Source of the DNA: Candidatus Eiseniibacteriota bacterium
Lineage (GTDB): Bacteria; Eisenbacteria; RBG-16-71-46; DASYSL01
Length of the DNA stretch: 55,018 bases
Direction of reading: 5' to 3'
Assembly (NCBI GenBank): GCA_031431875.1
Contig: JANPEF010000067.1
Location: 1-55,018, forward strand
Position numbers and translations under genes: made by a program. A model generated the notes under the pieces. It saw nothing but the letters and a program-made list of their open reading frames with translations. It was not told where the DNA came from and did not search any database. Positions 1-11,126 of this stretch are shown one piece after another; position 1 is the stretch's first letter; every line of letters begins with the position of its first letter.

Positions 1-145
1 TCGCGAGATGGTGATGCCGGGCGACAACGTGCAGATGGAGATCGAGCTGATCACGCCGATCGCGATGGAGAAGGAACTGCGCTTCGCCATCCGCGAAGGC
101 GGTCGCACCGTCGGCGCCGGCGTCGTCGCCGAGATCGTCGCTTAA
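1..145 (+). CDS. tuf: Elongation factor Tu, 3' end only (partial at window edge)
   Basis: Frame from nt 2 reads [10 protein letters not shown]...[17 protein letters not shown], the EF-Tu C-terminus; TAA at 143-145. Confidence 0.97.
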   Translation, partial: REMVMPGDNVQMEIELITPIAMEKELRFAIREGGRTVGAGVVAEIVA

Positions 146-160
146 GGAGCCGGGGAAACC

Positions 161-466
<306 letters not shown>

Positions 467-637
467 GTACCGCGGCGCGAAGCGCCGCGGAACGACTCAA
501 GGAGCCGCGACGAGCGCGGCTCCAGAACCGGGGCCGAGGACGATGTCCGAAGCCCCCGCGGGTAGGCCCGAAACGGCCACCCCCGGTCCGACGGCCCGCG
601 TTCGACGCGGCGTACGGGACCGAGAGAGGACGCAACC

Positions 638-1267
638 ATGTTGGGAATCATCGGCCGCAAGGTCGGCATGACCCAGGTCTTCGACGAGAAGGGCGAGATC
701 ATCCCGGCGACGCTGATCGAAGCCGGGCCCTGCCCCATCGTCCAGGTGAAGACCAAGGGCAAGGACGGTTACGCCGCCGTGCAGCTCGGCTTCGGCGACC
801 GTCGCGAGAAGAACCTGACGAAGCCCGTCATCGGGCACTACAAGAAGGCGAATCTCCCCGTGCGCTCCATGCTCAAGGAGTTCCGGGTCGAGGATCCCTC
901 CGAGTACGCCACCGGCCAGCAGATCACGGTCGAGCAGTTCGTGATCGGCAAGCGCGTCGACGTGATCGCGACGTCGATCGGCCGCGGCTTCCAGGGCACG
1001 ACCAAGCGCCACGGCTTCACCGGCGGCAAGGCCTCACACGGCGTCACGACGCACCGCCAGCCCGGTTCGATCGGCTGCTCGGCGTATCCGTCGCGCGTCA
1101 TCAAGGGCAAGCGCCTGCCGGGTCGCATGGGCGGCAAGCAGGTGACCATGAAGAACCTGAAGGTCGTCGCCATCGACGCCGAGCAGTCGCTGCTCGTCAT
1201 TCGCGGCTCCATCCCCGGCCCGGTGCGAGGCTTCGTCCTCGTCATGCCGGCGAAGCAGGGAGGCTAG
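638..1267 (+). CDS. rplC: 50S ribosomal protein L3
   Basis: GRKVGMTQVF, GRGFQG, HRQPGSIG motifs; synteny. Confidence 0.98.
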   Translation: MLGIIGRKVGMTQVFDEKGEIIPATLIEAGPCPIVQVKTKGKDGYAAVQLGFGDRREKNLTKPVIGHYKKANLPVRSMLKEFRVEDPSEYATGQQITVEQFVIGKRVDVIATSIGRGFQGTTKRHGFTGGKASHGVTTHRQPGSIGCSAYPSRVIKGKRLPGRMGGKQVTMKNLKVVAIDAEQSLLVIRGSIPGPVRGFVLVMPAKQGG

Positions 1268-1271
1268 GACC

Positions 1272-1901
1272 GTGGCGAATGCGAAGGCCTATTCGGCCCT
1301 GGGTGAAGAGCAGGGCAGCGTCGAGCTTCCGGCCGCGCTGTTCGACCAGCAGGTCAACGAGCACCTACTCTACCTCGCCGTGCGCACGTTCCTGACCAAC
1401 CAGCGTCAGGGCACGCGCAAGGTGAAGAGCCGCGTCGAGGTTTCGGGCGGCGGACGCAAGCCGTGGAAGCAGAAGGGCACCGGGCGTGCGCGCTCGGGCT
1501 CGAACACGTCGCCGATCTGGGTCGGCGGTGGTCGCGCGCACGGCCCCGAGCCGCATGCCCCGCGCATCGAGCTGCCCAAGAAGCAGCGTCGTCAGGCGCT
1601 GGCCTCGGCGCTGTCGCTCAAGGCGCGCGAGTCGCGTGTGGCCGTCCTCGACGACCTGGCGATGACGACCCCGCGGACGAAGGACGTCGCCGCGGTGCTG
1701 AAGAAGATGGGTCTCGACGGAGCCAAGGCCCTGCTGGTCACGGGCGGGTACGACGAGAACGTCTGGAAGTCGTGTCGGAACCTGGCGCGCCTCGCCGCGA
1801 CGCCGGCGCACCAGGTGCACACCTATGCGCTGCTCGACTGCGAGACGGTCGTGTTCACGAAGTCGGGCCTCGAGCGCCTGACGGAGGTGTTCGCCCGATG
1901 A
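1272..1901 (+). CDS. rplD: 50S ribosomal protein L4
   Basis: VSGGGRKPWKQKGTGRARSGS motif; GTG start. Confidence 0.98.
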   Translation: MANAKAYSALGEEQGSVELPAALFDQQVNEHLLYLAVRTFLTNQRQGTRKVKSRVEVSGGGRKPWKQKGTGRARSGSNTSPIWVGGGRAHGPEPHAPRIELPKKQRRQALASALSLKARESRVAVLDDLAMTTPRTKDVAAVLKKMGLDGAKALLVTGGYDENVWKSCRNLARLAATPAHQVHTYALLDCETVVFTKSGLERLTEVFAR

Positions 1902-2188
1902 AGGACGCGCGTGTGATCGTCAAGCGTGCGCTGATCACCGAGAAGGGGTCGATCCTGCGCGAGCAGGCCCGGCAGTACACCTTCGAGGTCGATGCCTACG
2001 CCAACAAGATCGAGATCAAGCGGGCGGTGGAGACCATCTTCAAGGTCAAGGTCACCGTGGTCCGCACCCAGATGATGCACGGCAAGGTCAAGCGCCTCGG
2101 CCGCTCGGTGGGTCGTCGTCCGGACTGGAAGCGTGCCATCGTCACGCTGGCCGCGGACCAGACCATCGAACTGTTCGACCAGGTCTAG
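1898..2188 (+). CDS. rplW: 50S ribosomal protein L23
   Basis: ATG at 1898 overlaps rplD stop; ITEKG...[11 protein letters not shown]...WKRAIVTL. Confidence 0.97.
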   Translation: MKDARVIVKRALITEKGSILREQARQYTFEVDAYANKIEIKRAVETIFKVKVTVVRTQMMHGKVKRLGRSVGRRPDWKRAIVTLAADQTIELFDQV

Positions 2189-2207
2189 GGCGAAGGGGGA
2201 AGGTTCC

Positions 2208-3035
2208 ATGCCGCTGAAGAGTTTCCGGCCGATCACGCCGACCCTGCGTTACAAGACCGTCTCCGATTTCGCGGACGTGTCGCAGGGCAACGATCCGGTC
2301 CGCAAGCTGACGACGAAGCTGCACCGTCCGGGCGGGCGCAATCACAAGGGCCACGCCACGTCGCGCTACAAGGGCGGCGGACATCGTCGTCGCTACCGGA
2401 TCATCGACTTCCGCCGCGACAAGACCGGTATCCCGGCCAAGGTCGCGAGCCTCGAATACGATCCCAACCGTTCGGCGCGCATCGCGCTGCTGAACTACGT
2501 GGACGGGGAGAAGCGCTACATCGTCGCGCCGCTCGGCCTCAAGCCGGGCGACACGGTCGTGTCCGGCGCCGATGCCGACATCGTGACGGGCAACGCACTG
2601 CCGATCCGCAACATTCCGCTCGGCACGTCGGTGCATTCGCTCGAGCTGCAGCCGGGCCGCGGCGCGCGTGTCGCGCGTTCGGCCGGCACGATGTGCCAGG
2701 TGCTGGCGAAGGAAGGCGACTACGCCCAGATGCGCATGCCTTCGGGCGAGGTGCGTCGCTTCCATCTCGACTGCCGCTGCGTCATCGGGCAGGTCGGGAA
2801 TCTCGATCACGAGAACATCGTGATCGGCAAGGCCGGCCGCAGCCGCTGGCTGGGCATCCGCCCGCACGTGCGCGGCGTGGCCAAGAATCCGGTCGACCAT
2901 CCGATGGGTGGCGGCGAAGGCAAGTCGTCGGGCGGCCGTCATCCGTGCTCGCCCTGGGGCCAGCCGGCGAAGGGCTACAAGACGCGTCGCAACAAGGCGA
3001 CCAGCAAGTGGATCGTCCGGCGGAGGAAGAAGTAA
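2208..3035 (+). CDS. rplB: 50S ribosomal protein L2
   Basis: [24 protein letters not shown] motifs; ATG at 2208. Confidence 0.98.
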   Translation: MPLKSFRPITPTLRYKTVSDFADVSQGNDPVRKLTTKLHRPGGRNHKGHATSRYKGGGHRRRYRIIDFRRDKTGIPAKVASLEYDPNRSARIALLNYVDGEKRYIVAPLGLKPGDTVVSGADADIVTGNALPIRNIPLGTSVHSLELQPGRGARVARSAGTMCQVLAKEGDYAQMRMPSGEVRRFHLDCRCVIGQVGNLDHENIVIGKAGRSRWLGIRPHVRGVAKNPVDHPMGGGEGKSSGGRHPCSPWGQPAKGYKTRRNKATSKWIVRRRKK

Positions 3036-3323
3036 ATGGCTCGCTCCATCAAGAAGGGCCCGTACGTCGTCGACTCCCTCGTCAAGAAGATCGAGGGCAT
3101 GAACCGGTCGGGTGAGAAGCGCGTGCTGAAGACCTGGGCACGGCGCTGCACCATCCTCCCGGAGTTCGTCGGCCACACGCTTGCGGTGCACAACGGCAAC
3201 AAGTTCATCCCGATCTACGTGTCGGAAAACATGGTCGGCCACAAGCTCGGCGAGTTCGTTCCCACCCGCGTGTTCCGCGGTCACGGGTCGCACGTCGAGA
3301 AGGCCGCAGTGCCCGGCAAGTGA
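3036..3323 (+). CDS. rpsS: 30S ribosomal protein S19
   Basis: MARSIKKGP...MVGHKLGEF. Confidence 0.98.
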   Translation: MARSIKKGPYVVDSLVKKIEGMNRSGEKRVLKTWARRCTILPEFVGHTLAVHNGNKFIPIYVSENMVGHKLGEFVPTRVFRGHGSHVEKAAVPGK

Positions 3324-3343
3324 GCCGGACGGAGACAGGAACG

Positions 3344-3697
3344 ATGGAAGCGAGAGCCACGCTCCGGTACGTCCGGATCACGCCGCGCAAGGCCAACCAG
3401 ATCCTCGCGCTCATCCGGGGCAAGGATGTCGAAGCGGCGCAGACGCTGCTTCACTTCATGCCCAAGAATGGCGCGAAGATCGCCGAGAAGCTGCTCAAGT
3501 CCGCGGTCGCCAATGCGGTCAACAACACGGACGCGAGCGAAAAGGTCAAGGTCACCGACCTGGTCGTCATCAAGGCGGTCGTCGGCGCGGGTCCCACGAT
3601 GAAGCGCTTCCTGCCGCGCGCGCAGGGACGGGCCACCCCGTTGCTCAAGCGCACGAGCCACATCACGATCGCGGTCGGCACGCGCGGCCGCGGCTGA
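3344..3697 (+). CDS. rplV: 50S ribosomal protein L22
   Basis: RITPRKA...LKSAVANA...PRAQGRA...[11 protein letters not shown] at 3344 after AGGA. Confidence 0.97.
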   Translation: MEARATLRYVRITPRKANQILALIRGKDVEAAQTLLHFMPKNGAKIAEKLLKSAVANAVNNTDASEKVKVTDLVVIKAVVGAGPTMKRFLPRAQGRATPLLKRTSHITIAVGTRGRG

Positions 3698-3710
3698 GTC
3701 GAGGAGAAAG

Positions 3711-4379
3711 ATGGGACAGAAAACACATCCGATCGGGCTCCGGCTCGGCATCGTCAAGACTTGGGACTCGCGCTGGTTCGCGAGCCGGTCGCGCGTCTTC
3801 GCGGAACTGCTCAAGGAAGACATCTTCCTCAAGCGCTACCTGAAGCACCGCCTGTTCCAAGCCGGGATCAGCAAGATCATCGTCGAGCGCAAGGCCTCGA
3901 AGGTGACGATCACGATCCGCACGGCGCGTCCGGGCCTCGTGATCGGGCGCAAGGGCGAGCAGGTCGACAAGCTTTCGGCCGAACTTCGCGCGCTGACCAA
4001 GAAGGACGTGCAGCTCAACATCGAGGAAGTGAAGCGCGCCGACCTCGACGCCCAGCTGGTCGCGGAGCACATCGCGAAGCAGCTCGAGCAGCGGGTGTCG
4101 TTCCGTCGCGCCATGAAGAAGGCGCTCGCCTCGGCGATGCGCTCGGGTGCCCAGGGCGTTCGCGTGGCCTGCTCGGGCCGCCTCGGCGGCTCGGAGATGT
4201 CGCGTTACGAGACCTATCGCGATGGTCGCGTCCCCCTGCACACGCTGCGGGCGGACATCGACTTCGCGCGCGCCACCGCGCACACGGCCTACGGGACGTG
4301 CGGCGTGAAGGTGTGGATCTTCAACGGCGAAGTGCTCGAAGCCCCGAAGCTGGTGGCTGCGGGCGCGGCCACGAACTGA
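3711..4379 (+). CDS. rpsC: 30S ribosomal protein S3
   Basis: [13 protein letters not shown]...[14 protein letters not shown]. Confidence 0.98.
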   Translation: MGQKTHPIGLRLGIVKTWDSRWFASRSRVFAELLKEDIFLKRYLKHRLFQAGISKIIVERKASKVTITIRTARPGLVIGRKGEQVDKLSAELRALTKKDVQLNIEEVKRADLDAQLVAEHIAKQLEQRVSFRRAMKKALASAMRSGAQGVRVACSGRLGGSEMSRYETYRDGRVPLHTLRADIDFARATAHTAYGTCGVKVWIFNGEVLEAPKLVAAGAATN

Positions 4380-4395
4380 GCGGGGCCCGACCAAC

Positions 4396-4818
4396 ATGTT
4401 GATGCCGAAGCGGGTCAAATACCGCAAGCACCACCGAGGAAACATGCGCGGCAAGGCGTACCGCGGAGGCACGGTCGCCTTCGGCGAGTACGGACTGCAG
4501 GCGCTCGCGCCGGCGTGGATCACGAGCCGCCAGATCGAGGCGGCCCGTGTCGCGATCACGCGCTCGATCAAGCGTGGCGGCAAGATGTGGATTCGAATCT
4601 TCCCGGACAAGCCGGTCACCAAGAAGCCGGCCGAGACGCGAATGGGCAAGGGCAAGGGTCCTCCGGAGTTCTGGGTCGCCTCCATCCGCCCGGGCCGGAT
4701 CATGTTCGAGCTGGAGGGGATCCCGAAGGACGCGGCGAAGCAGGCCATGCGCCTGGGCGCCTCGAAGCTGCCGATCCGCACGCGTTTCGTCGAACGCGTC
4801 ACACTGGGAGGGGAGTGA
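4396..4818 (+). CDS. rplP: 50S ribosomal protein L16
   Basis: [11 protein letters not shown]...RMGKGKG. Confidence 0.98.
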   Translation: MLMPKRVKYRKHHRGNMRGKAYRGGTVAFGEYGLQALAPAWITSRQIEAARVAITRSIKRGGKMWIRIFPDKPVTKKPAETRMGKGKGPPEFWVASIRPGRIMFELEGIPKDAAKQAMRLGASKLPIRTRFVERVTLGGE

Positions 4819-4819
4819 G

Positions 4820-5035
4820 ATGGCCGCCAAGAGCTTCCGTGCGCTGAGTGATCTGTCGCCCCCCGAACTCGAGCTGCGTCTCAAGGATTTGCGTGAGGAG
4901 CTGTTCACCCTGCGCTTCCGGAACTCGATGCGCCAGCTGGACAACGCGCTCAAGATCCGCGGCACGCGCCGGGACATCGCCCGGGTGCTGATGCTGCAGG
5001 GCAAGGGCGGCGCCATGAAGGGAGGCCAGGCATGA
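4820..5035 (+). CDS. rpmC: 50S ribosomal protein L29
   Basis: ATG at 4820; [10 protein letters not shown]...RRDIARV; synteny between rplP and rpsQ. Confidence 0.95.
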   Translation: MAAKSFRALSDLSPPELELRLKDLREELFTLRFRNSMRQLDNALKIRGTRRDIARVLMLQGKGGAMKGGQA

Positions 5036-5316
5036 TGGCCGAGCAGACGACGGAAACCACCGAGGTACGCGGACGCCGCAAGCTGCGCGTCGGCAAGGTG
5101 GTCTCCGACAAGATGACGAAGACCGTCGTCGTGATGATCGAGCGACTGGTGAAGCATCCGCAGTACAAGCGCTACGTGCGCCAGCGGAGCCGGTTCAAGG
5201 TTCACGACGAGAAGAACGAGTGCAAGGAAGGGGACGTCATCCGCTTCATGGAGACGCGGCCCATGTCCAAGGAGAAGCGCTGGCGGTTCGTGGAGTTCGT
5301 CGAGCGGGCCAAGTAA
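5032..5316 (+). CDS. rpsQ: 30S ribosomal protein S17
   Basis: [14 protein letters not shown]...[11 protein letters not shown]. Confidence 0.98.
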   Translation: MMAEQTTETTEVRGRRKLRVGKVVSDKMTKTVVVMIERLVKHPQYKRYVRQRSRFKVHDEKNECKEGDVIRFMETRPMSKEKRWRFVEFVERAK

Positions 5317-5360
5317 GCCCGTCGCGTGTCGGCCGCCCGTCGCGGCCCGTGGAGTGAACG

Positions 5361-5729
5361 ATGATCCAGCTTCGCACGATGCTCACCGTGGCCGACAACT
5401 CCGGCGCTCGGCGTGCCCAGTGCATCAAGGTCCTCGGCGGAACCCGTCGGCGTTACGGCCGGGTGGGCGACATCGTGGTCGTGGCCGTGAAGGACGCGAT
5501 CCCGGGAGCCGCGGTGAAGAAGGGCGACGTCGCCAAGGCGGTGGTCGTGCGGGCGGTCAAGGAGCGTCGTCGCAAGGACGGCTCGTACATCCGCTTCGAC
5601 GACAATGCCGTGGTGTTGATCGACGACAAGAGGGAGCCGCGGGGAACCCGCATCTTCGGACCCGTCGCGCGAGAACTGCGCGAAAAGGAGTTCATGAAGA
5701 TCATCTCCCTCGCTCCCGAAGTGATCTAG
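5361..5729 (+). CDS. rplN: 50S ribosomal protein L14
   Basis: VADNSGA...[13 protein letters not shown]...IISLAPEV. Confidence 0.98.
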   Translation: MIQLRTMLTVADNSGARRAQCIKVLGGTRRRYGRVGDIVVVAVKDAIPGAAVKKGDVAKAVVVRAVKERRRKDGSYIRFDDNAVVLIDDKREPRGTRIFGPVARELREKEFMKIISLAPEVI

Positions 5730-5739
5730 GAGGTCGCGC

Positions 5740-6114
5740 GTGGGTAAGAAGAAGAAACAGCCGGCGCCCGCGACCCGGGCCTTCAGCATCCGCAAGGGCG
5801 ACACGGTCGTGGTCCTCTCGGGCGACGCCAAGGGCGAACCGGGCAATCCGCGGCTGGGCAGGGTCCTCGCCGTCGATCGCAACAAGTGGACGGTCACGGT
5901 CGAGAAGGTGAACATGATCAAGCGCCACAAGCGCGCGACCGGGGCGGGCAAGGAGAGCGGCATCATCGAGAAGGAAGCACCGCTTCATATCTCGAAGGTC
6001 GCCCTGTGGGATGCGAAGGCGAAGAAGGGCGTGCGCGTCGGCGTGCGTCGGAGCAAGGACGGAAAGAGCCGCGAGCGCGTTTCGCGCGCAACCGGGGACG
6101 TCGTCGGCGCCTGA
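5740..6114 (+). CDS. rplX: 50S ribosomal protein L24
   Basis: [12 protein letters not shown]...[17 protein letters not shown] start after AGGAGG. Confidence 0.96.
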   Translation: MGKKKKQPAPATRAFSIRKGDTVVVLSGDAKGEPGNPRLGRVLAVDRNKWTVTVEKVNMIKRHKRATGAGKESGIIEKEAPLHISKVALWDAKAKKGVRVGVRRSKDGKSRERVSRATGDVVGA

Positions 6115-6130
6115 GCGCCGGGAGATCGTG

Positions 6131-6892
6131 ATGGCCGAGAAGGACAAGGACTCGAAGGGCGCGAAGGCTCCGAAGGCTCCGAAGGGCGAAGCAAAGGCCC
6201 CGAAGGCCGCCAAGGAGCCGAAGGCCGCGAAGGCAGCCGACGGGGATGCCACGACCGAAGCCGCGCCGCGCGCGGCCAGGTCGACGGCGCCCGTGACTCC
6301 GCCGCGCCTCAAGAAGTTGTACGAGGAGAAGATCGTCGCCGAGCTGATCAAGAAGTTCGGTTACACGAATCCGATGCAGGCCCCGCGCCTGGTCAAGATC
6401 GTGGTCAACATGGGCGTCGGCGAGGCCATCAGCAACGCGAAGCTGCTCGACGCGGCGGCGGCGGACCTCGGCATCATCACCGGCCAGAAGCCGGCGGTGC
6501 GGAAGGCCAAGAAATCGATCGCGAACTTCAAGCTGCGCCAGGGGCAGGCCATCGGTTGCATGGTCACGCTGCGTCACGCGCGCATGTGGGAGTTCTACGA
6601 TCGCCTCGTCAACATCGCGATCCCGCGCATCCGTGACTTCCGCGGCGTGCCGGCGCGCTCGTTCGACGGGCGTGGGAACTACACGCTCGGGCTGACCGAA
6701 CAGATCATCTTCCCCGAGATCAACTACGACAAGGTCGAGAAGGTCCGCGGCATGGACGTGACCTTCGTGACCTCGGCGAAGACGGACGAGGAGGGGCGCG
6801 AGCTGCTCCGACTGCTCCAGATGCCGTTCCGCCAGGCGTCGGGCGCGCGCGAAGGCGCCGCGGCCGAGGTCGGTGCAGCGGTCGGAGCGTAG
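6131..6892 (+). CDS. rplE: 50S ribosomal protein L5 with Lys/Ala/Pro-rich N-terminal extension
   Basis: PRLKKLY...[11 protein letters not shown]...[10 protein letters not shown]...IFPEI; ATG at 6131 after GGAG. Confidence 0.96.
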   Translation: MAEKDKDSKGAKAPKAPKGEAKAPKAAKEPKAAKAADGDATTEAAPRAARSTAPVTPPRLKKLYEEKIVAELIKKFGYTNPMQAPRLVKIVVNMGVGEAISNAKLLDAAAADLGIITGQKPAVRKAKKSIANFKLRQGQAIGCMVTLRHARMWEFYDRLVNIAIPRIRDFRGVPARSFDGRGNYTLGLTEQIIFPEINYDKVEKVRGMDVTFVTSAKTDEEGRELLRLLQMPFRQASGAREGAAAEVGAAVGA

Positions 6893-6934
6893 CGGGGCGC
6901 CGTCCGGCGACCCGTCGGGACCTGGAGGACCATC

Positions 6935-7120
6935 GTGGCCAAGAAGTCGCTGATCGAGAAGTGGAAGCGGAAGCCGAAGTTCGCGGTCCGCGCGTACAAC
7001 CGCTGCGGTCGCTGCGGCCGTCCGCGCGCGTTCCTGCGCCACTTCGGACTGTGCCGTATCTGCTTCCGCGAGCTCTCGCTGGCGGGGCAGATCCCGGGCG
7101 TCGTCAAGTCCAGCTGGTAG
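6935..7120 (+). CDS. rpsZ: 30S ribosomal protein S14, Zn-binding (type Z) form
   Basis: 61 aa with CGRC...CRIC zinc motif. Confidence 0.96.
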   Translation: MAKKSLIEKWKRKPKFAVRAYNRCGRCGRPRAFLRHFGLCRICFRELSLAGQIPGVVKSSW

Positions 7121-7199
7121 CGACCAGCCGGAAACGGACGACGGTGTGCGCGACCCGCGGCTCGGGCGCGTGCGTGACGAACATGAACGAGGAGGCAGC

Positions 7200-7598
7200 G
7201 TGTCGGTTTCTGATCCCATCGCCGATTTCCTGACCTGCGTGCGCAACGCAGTCCGTGCCCGCCACCGCAAGGTGGACGTGCCGGCTTCGCGCATGAAGAC
7301 GGAATTGGCGAAGCTTCTCCTGCGGGAGAAGTACATCGGCAACTACAAGGTGATCGAGGACTCGAAGCAGGGGATCCTCCGCATCTACCTCAAGTACACG
7401 GCCCAGGATCAGTGCGTGATCTCGGGGCTGAAGCGCGTCAGTTCGCCCGGCCGTCGGGTCTACGTCCGCAAGACGGACATCCCGCGGGTGCTCGGCGGGC
7501 TCGGAACGACGGTCCTGTCCACTCCGCAGGGGATCATGTCCGACAAGGAGGCCCGTGCGGCCGGCCTTGGCGGCGAGCTCCTCGCGCAGATCTGGTAG
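7200..7598 (+). CDS. rpsH: 30S ribosomal protein S8
   Basis: GTG at 7200 after GGAGG; SDPIADFLT...VSSPGRRVY...GGELL. Confidence 0.97.
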   Translation: MSVSDPIADFLTCVRNAVRARHRKVDVPASRMKTELAKLLLREKYIGNYKVIEDSKQGILRIYLKYTAQDQCVISGLKRVSSPGRRVYVRKTDIPRVLGGLGTTVLSTPQGIMSDKEARAAGLGGELLAQIW

Positions 7599-7606
7599 GG
7601 GGCGAC

Positions 7607-8152
7607 ATGTCGCGCGTCGGCAAGAAAATGATCGAGATTCCGGCGGGTGTGACCGTCGAGCAGTCGGGAAGCAAGCTCACGGTCAAGGGCCCGAAGGGCG
7701 AGCTGGCCATGGACCTGTACCCGGGGATCGGCCTGACCCGCGAGGGCGAGCAGATCACGCTCGTCATCGCGGACGCCACGAACGAGCGCACGCACGGCGC
7801 GATCCACGGCACCATGCGGGCGAACCTGGCGAACCTGATCCAGGGCGTTCACGCGGGTTACCGCAAGGCGCTCGAGATCACCGGCACGGGTTACCGCGCC
7901 AACATGGACGGCAAGAAGCTGGTCCTGCAGCTGGGCTACTCGCATCCGGTCGAGTTCCCGTCGCCCGAAGGCATCACGCTGGCGACCGAGGGCCCGACCA
8001 AGGTCATCATCACCGGGGTCGACAAGGTGCTGGTCGGCCAGGTGGCCGCGAACATCCGCAAGAAGCGCCCGCCCGAGCCGTACAAGGGCAAGGGCATCAA
8101 GTACGAGGGCGAGCGCATCCGCCGCAAGGCCGGAAAGTCGGCCGGCTCGTAA
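7607..8152 (+). CDS. rplF: 50S ribosomal protein L6
   Basis: MSRVGK...VKGPKGEL...[11 protein letters not shown]. Confidence 0.98.
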   Translation: MSRVGKKMIEIPAGVTVEQSGSKLTVKGPKGELAMDLYPGIGLTREGEQITLVIADATNERTHGAIHGTMRANLANLIQGVHAGYRKALEITGTGYRANMDGKKLVLQLGYSHPVEFPSPEGITLATEGPTKVIITGVDKVLVGQVAANIRKKRPPEPYKGKGIKYEGERIRRKAGKSAGS

Positions 8153-8180
8153 GCCCGGCGCGGACGGAGGAAGGACGAAT

Positions 8181-8552
8181 ATGGCCCGCTACAAGACGAA
8201 TGCAGAGAAGCGCCAGGTGCGCCGCTACCGGATCCGCAAGAAGATCGCGGGTCGGGCCGAGCGTCCGCGGATCTCGGTGTTTCGCAGCCTGAATCGGATC
8301 TACGCGCAGCTCATCGACGACGTGGCCGGGGTGACCCTGGCCTGCGCCGACGACAAGCTGCCCGAAGTCGCAGCGAAGCTCGGCGACGGCAAGGGCAAGG
8401 TCGGTCGCGCCAAGGCGGTCGGCATGGTGCTCGCCGAGCGCGCGAAGGCGATCGGCATCAAGCAAGCCTGCTTCGATCGCGGCGGCTACCTGTATCACGG
8501 GCGCGTCAAGGCGCTCGCCGAGGGCGCCCGCGAGGGCGGCCTCGAATTCTAG
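8181..8552 (+). CDS. rplR: 50S ribosomal protein L18
   Basis: RPRISVFRS...[16 protein letters not shown]. Confidence 0.98.
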   Translation: MARYKTNAEKRQVRRYRIRKKIAGRAERPRISVFRSLNRIYAQLIDDVAGVTLACADDKLPEVAAKLGDGKGKVGRAKAVGMVLAERAKAIGIKQACFDRGGYLYHGRVKALAEGAREGGLEF

Positions 8553-8567
8553 AGCGAGGAGCGAACC

Positions 8568-9092
8568 GTGCGTCCTGTTGAATCCGCACCGAAGTCCGAG
8601 TTCGTCGAGCGCGTGATCCACGTGAACCGCGTCGCCAAGGTGGTCAAGGGCGGCCGGCGGTTCTCGTTCAACGCGATCGTCGCCATGGGCGACCAGAACG
8701 GTCGCGTGGGCGTGGGCTTGGGCAAGGCGAATGAAGTGGCCGACGCCATCCGCAAGGCGGGCGAGACGGCGAAGAAGAACATGTTCCTGATTCCGCTGAT
8801 CAAGGGAACGATCCCGCACGTCGTGCTGGGTCATTTCGGTGCGGGTCGCGTGCTGCTCAAGCCCGCTTCGAGCGGCACCGGCGTCATCGCCGGGGGCGCC
8901 GTGCGCGCCATCCTCGAGGCGGCGGGCGTGCACGACGTGCTCACCAAGTCACTGGGCTCGTCGAACTCGCACAACATCACGAAGGCCACCGTCGACGGAC
9001 TGCGCCAGCTGCGCAAGGCATCGGACGTGGCGCAGGCCCGCGGCTTCACCGTCGCCGAGCTGCTGGGACGGAGGACGACCGATGCCGCTTAG
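8568..9092 (+). CDS. rpsE: 30S ribosomal protein S5
   Basis: [15 protein letters not shown]...GTGVIAGG. Confidence 0.98.
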   Translation: MRPVESAPKSEFVERVIHVNRVAKVVKGGRRFSFNAIVAMGDQNGRVGVGLGKANEVADAIRKAGETAKKNMFLIPLIKGTIPHVVLGHFGAGRVLLKPASSGTGVIAGGAVRAILEAAGVHDVLTKSLGSSNSHNITKATVDGLRQLRKASDVAQARGFTVAELLGRRTTDAA

Positions 9093-9270
9093 CCTGAAGA
9101 TCACGCTGGTGCGCAGCGTTGCCAAGACCACGGCCGATGTCCGGGGAACCGTGGCCGCGCTCGGCATCCGCAAGCTGAATCACTCCGTGGTCAAGGTGGA
9201 CACGCCGCAGATCCGCGGCATGATCGCCAAGATCGTCCACCTGCTGAAGGTGGAAGAGGTGAAGGCATGA
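9082..9270 (+). CDS. rpmD: 50S ribosomal protein L30
   Basis: ATG at 9082; LKITLVRS...[10 protein letters not shown]...IRGMI. Confidence 0.95.
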   Translation: MPLSLKITLVRSVAKTTADVRGTVAALGIRKLNHSVVKVDTPQIRGMIAKIVHLLKVEEVKA

Positions 9271-9752
9271 CGCCGCGCAAGATCGAGGGTGAAGTCGCCA
9301 AGAAGCTCGGAGACCTGCATCACGCCGAAGGTGCGGTGCACCGGAACAAGCGCCGCGGAAAGGGCGCCGCGACGGGCCTGGGTGGCACGGCCGGACGTGG
9401 TCACAAGGGCCAGAAGGCCCGCTCGGGCGGCCGCATCCATCGCTGGTTCGAAGGCGGCCAGATGCCGCTGCAGCGCCGCTTGCCGAAGCGCGGGTTCACC
9501 AACCATCACCGCGTGTCGTTCCAGGTGGTCGCCATCGAGCGACTGGCCGGGCTCGCGGCGGGGACGGTGGTGACCAAGGAATTGCTGATCGAGATGAACC
9601 TGATCAAGAACGCGAAGCGTCCGATCAAGCTGCTCGCTGACGGCGACCTGAAGGTCGCTCTCACGGTGCGCCTGGACGCGGCGAGCGAGTCGGCGGTCGC
9701 CAAGGTGACCGAGGCCGGCGGCAAGTTCGAACTGCCCGGAGTGGGCGCCTAG
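9267..9752 (+). CDS. rplO: 50S ribosomal protein L15
   Basis: GRGHKGQKARSG...FEGGQMPLQRRLPKRGF. Confidence 0.98.
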   Translation: MTPRKIEGEVAKKLGDLHHAEGAVHRNKRRGKGAATGLGGTAGRGHKGQKARSGGRIHRWFEGGQMPLQRRLPKRGFTNHHRVSFQVVAIERLAGLAAGTVVTKELLIEMNLIKNAKRPIKLLADGDLKVALTVRLDAASESAVAKVTEAGGKFELPGVGA

Positions 9753-9778
9753 CCTCGCGGCGGGCGCGGAGAGGACGG

Positions 9779-11101
9779 ATGGCACTCGTCGATTCGATCC
9801 AGAACATGTTCCGCATCCCGGAGCTGAAGAAGCGTCTGCTCTTCACGCTCGGGATGTTCGCCATCTACCGGCTCGGGGAGCACGTCCCGGCGCCGGGGGT
9901 GAATGCGCAGGCGCTTGCGGCGGTCTTCGCCGGCCAGGCGGGGACCCTGTTCGGGCTGTACGACGTCTTCGTGGGCGGCTCGTTCTCGCGGGCGACGATC
10001 TTCGCCCTGGGCATCATGCCGTACATCAGCGCCTCGATCATCCTGCAGCTCCTCGGAGTCGTGGTCCCGTACTTCGAGAAGCTGCGCAAGGAAGGCGAGG
10101 AAGGGCAGAAGAAGATCACCCAGTTCACGCGCTACGGCACGGTGCTGATCGCCCTCATCCAGTCGTACGCCTACGCCCTGTTCCTGCAGGGCTCCGGGGC
10201 GGTGGGCGGCATGCCGATCGTCACCGAACCGGGCATGGGCTTCATCCTGACGATGATGGTCACCCAGACCGCGGGCTGCATCCTGGTCATGTGGCTGGGC
10301 GAACAGATCACCGAGCGCGGCATCGGCAACGGCATCTCGCTCATCATCTTCATCAACATCATCGGGTCGCTGCCGACGCAGGTGCAGCTCCTGTTCCAGG
10401 CGTTCCGGGCCGGCACGCTCGACCTGTTCAAGGTGGTCGTGACGGCCGCCATGATGGTCGGCGTGATCGCCTTCGTGGTCGCGCTGACGCAGGCGACGCG
10501 CAAGATTCCGGTGCAGTACGCGAAGAAGATGGTGGGCCGGCGCATGTACGGCGGCGCCTCGACGCACATCCCGCTCAAGGTCAACACGGCGGGCGTGATC
10601 CCGATCATCTTCGCCTCGTCGCTCATGATCCTGCCGCTGACCGTGGCGAGCTTCTTTCCGGCCGGCAGCTTCGGGCAGGACTTCATCGCCCAGTGGCTGG
10701 CGCCCGGACGCGTGGTCTACGAGGTGCTCTACTTCGCGATCATCGTGTTCTTCGCCTATTTCTACACGGCCGTCGTCCTCAATCCTCAGGACGTGGCCGA
10801 GAACATGCGCAAGTACGGCGGCTTCGTGCCGGGCATCCGCCCGGGCAAGAAGACGGCCGAGTACATCGACCGCGTGCTGACGCGGATCACGCTGCCGGGC
10901 GCGGTCGCCCTGGCGCTGGTCGCAGTGGTGCCGGACGTGCTGTTGCGGACGTTCAACCTGCCGTTCGCATTCGGCGGGACGAGCATCCTGATCGTGGTCG
11001 GCGTCGCTCTCGACACGCTGCAGCAGATCGAGTCGCACCTGCTGATGCGGCACTACGAGGGCTTCGTCAAGAAGGGCCGGATCCGGGGTCGCCGGGCCTA
11101 G
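9779..11101 (+). CDS. secY: Preprotein translocase subunit SecY
   Basis: IFALGIMPYISASII, GIGNGISLIIF, PGIRPG, FGGTSILIVVGV; multiple TM segments. Confidence 0.98.
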   Translation: MALVDSIQNMFRIPELKKRLLFTLGMFAIYRLGEHVPAPGVNAQALAAVFAGQAGTLFGLYDVFVGGSFSRATIFALGIMPYISASIILQLLGVVVPYFEKLRKEGEEGQKKITQFTRYGTVLIALIQSYAYALFLQGSGAVGGMPIVTEPGMGFILTMMVTQTAGCILVMWLGEQITERGIGNGISLIIFINIIGSLPTQVQLLFQAFRAGTLDLFKVVVTAAMMVGVIAFVVALTQATRKIPVQYAKKMVGRRMYGGASTHIPLKVNTAGVIPIIFASSLMILPLTVASFFPAGSFGQDFIAQWLAPGRVVYEVLYFAIIVFFAYFYTAVVLNPQDVAENMRKYGGFVPGIRPGKKTAEYIDRVLTRITLPGAVALALVAVVPDVLLRTFNLPFAFGGTSILIVVGVALDTLQQIESHLLMRHYEGFVKKGRIRGRRA

Positions 11102-11126
11102 GCCCGGGGCAACGGAGGAACACGCA

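Noticed and set aside
527..587. Hammerhead ribozyme in the rpsJ-rplC spacer
   Set aside because: The CUGANGA core is absent (CCGAGGA) and GAAA is not positioned after stem II
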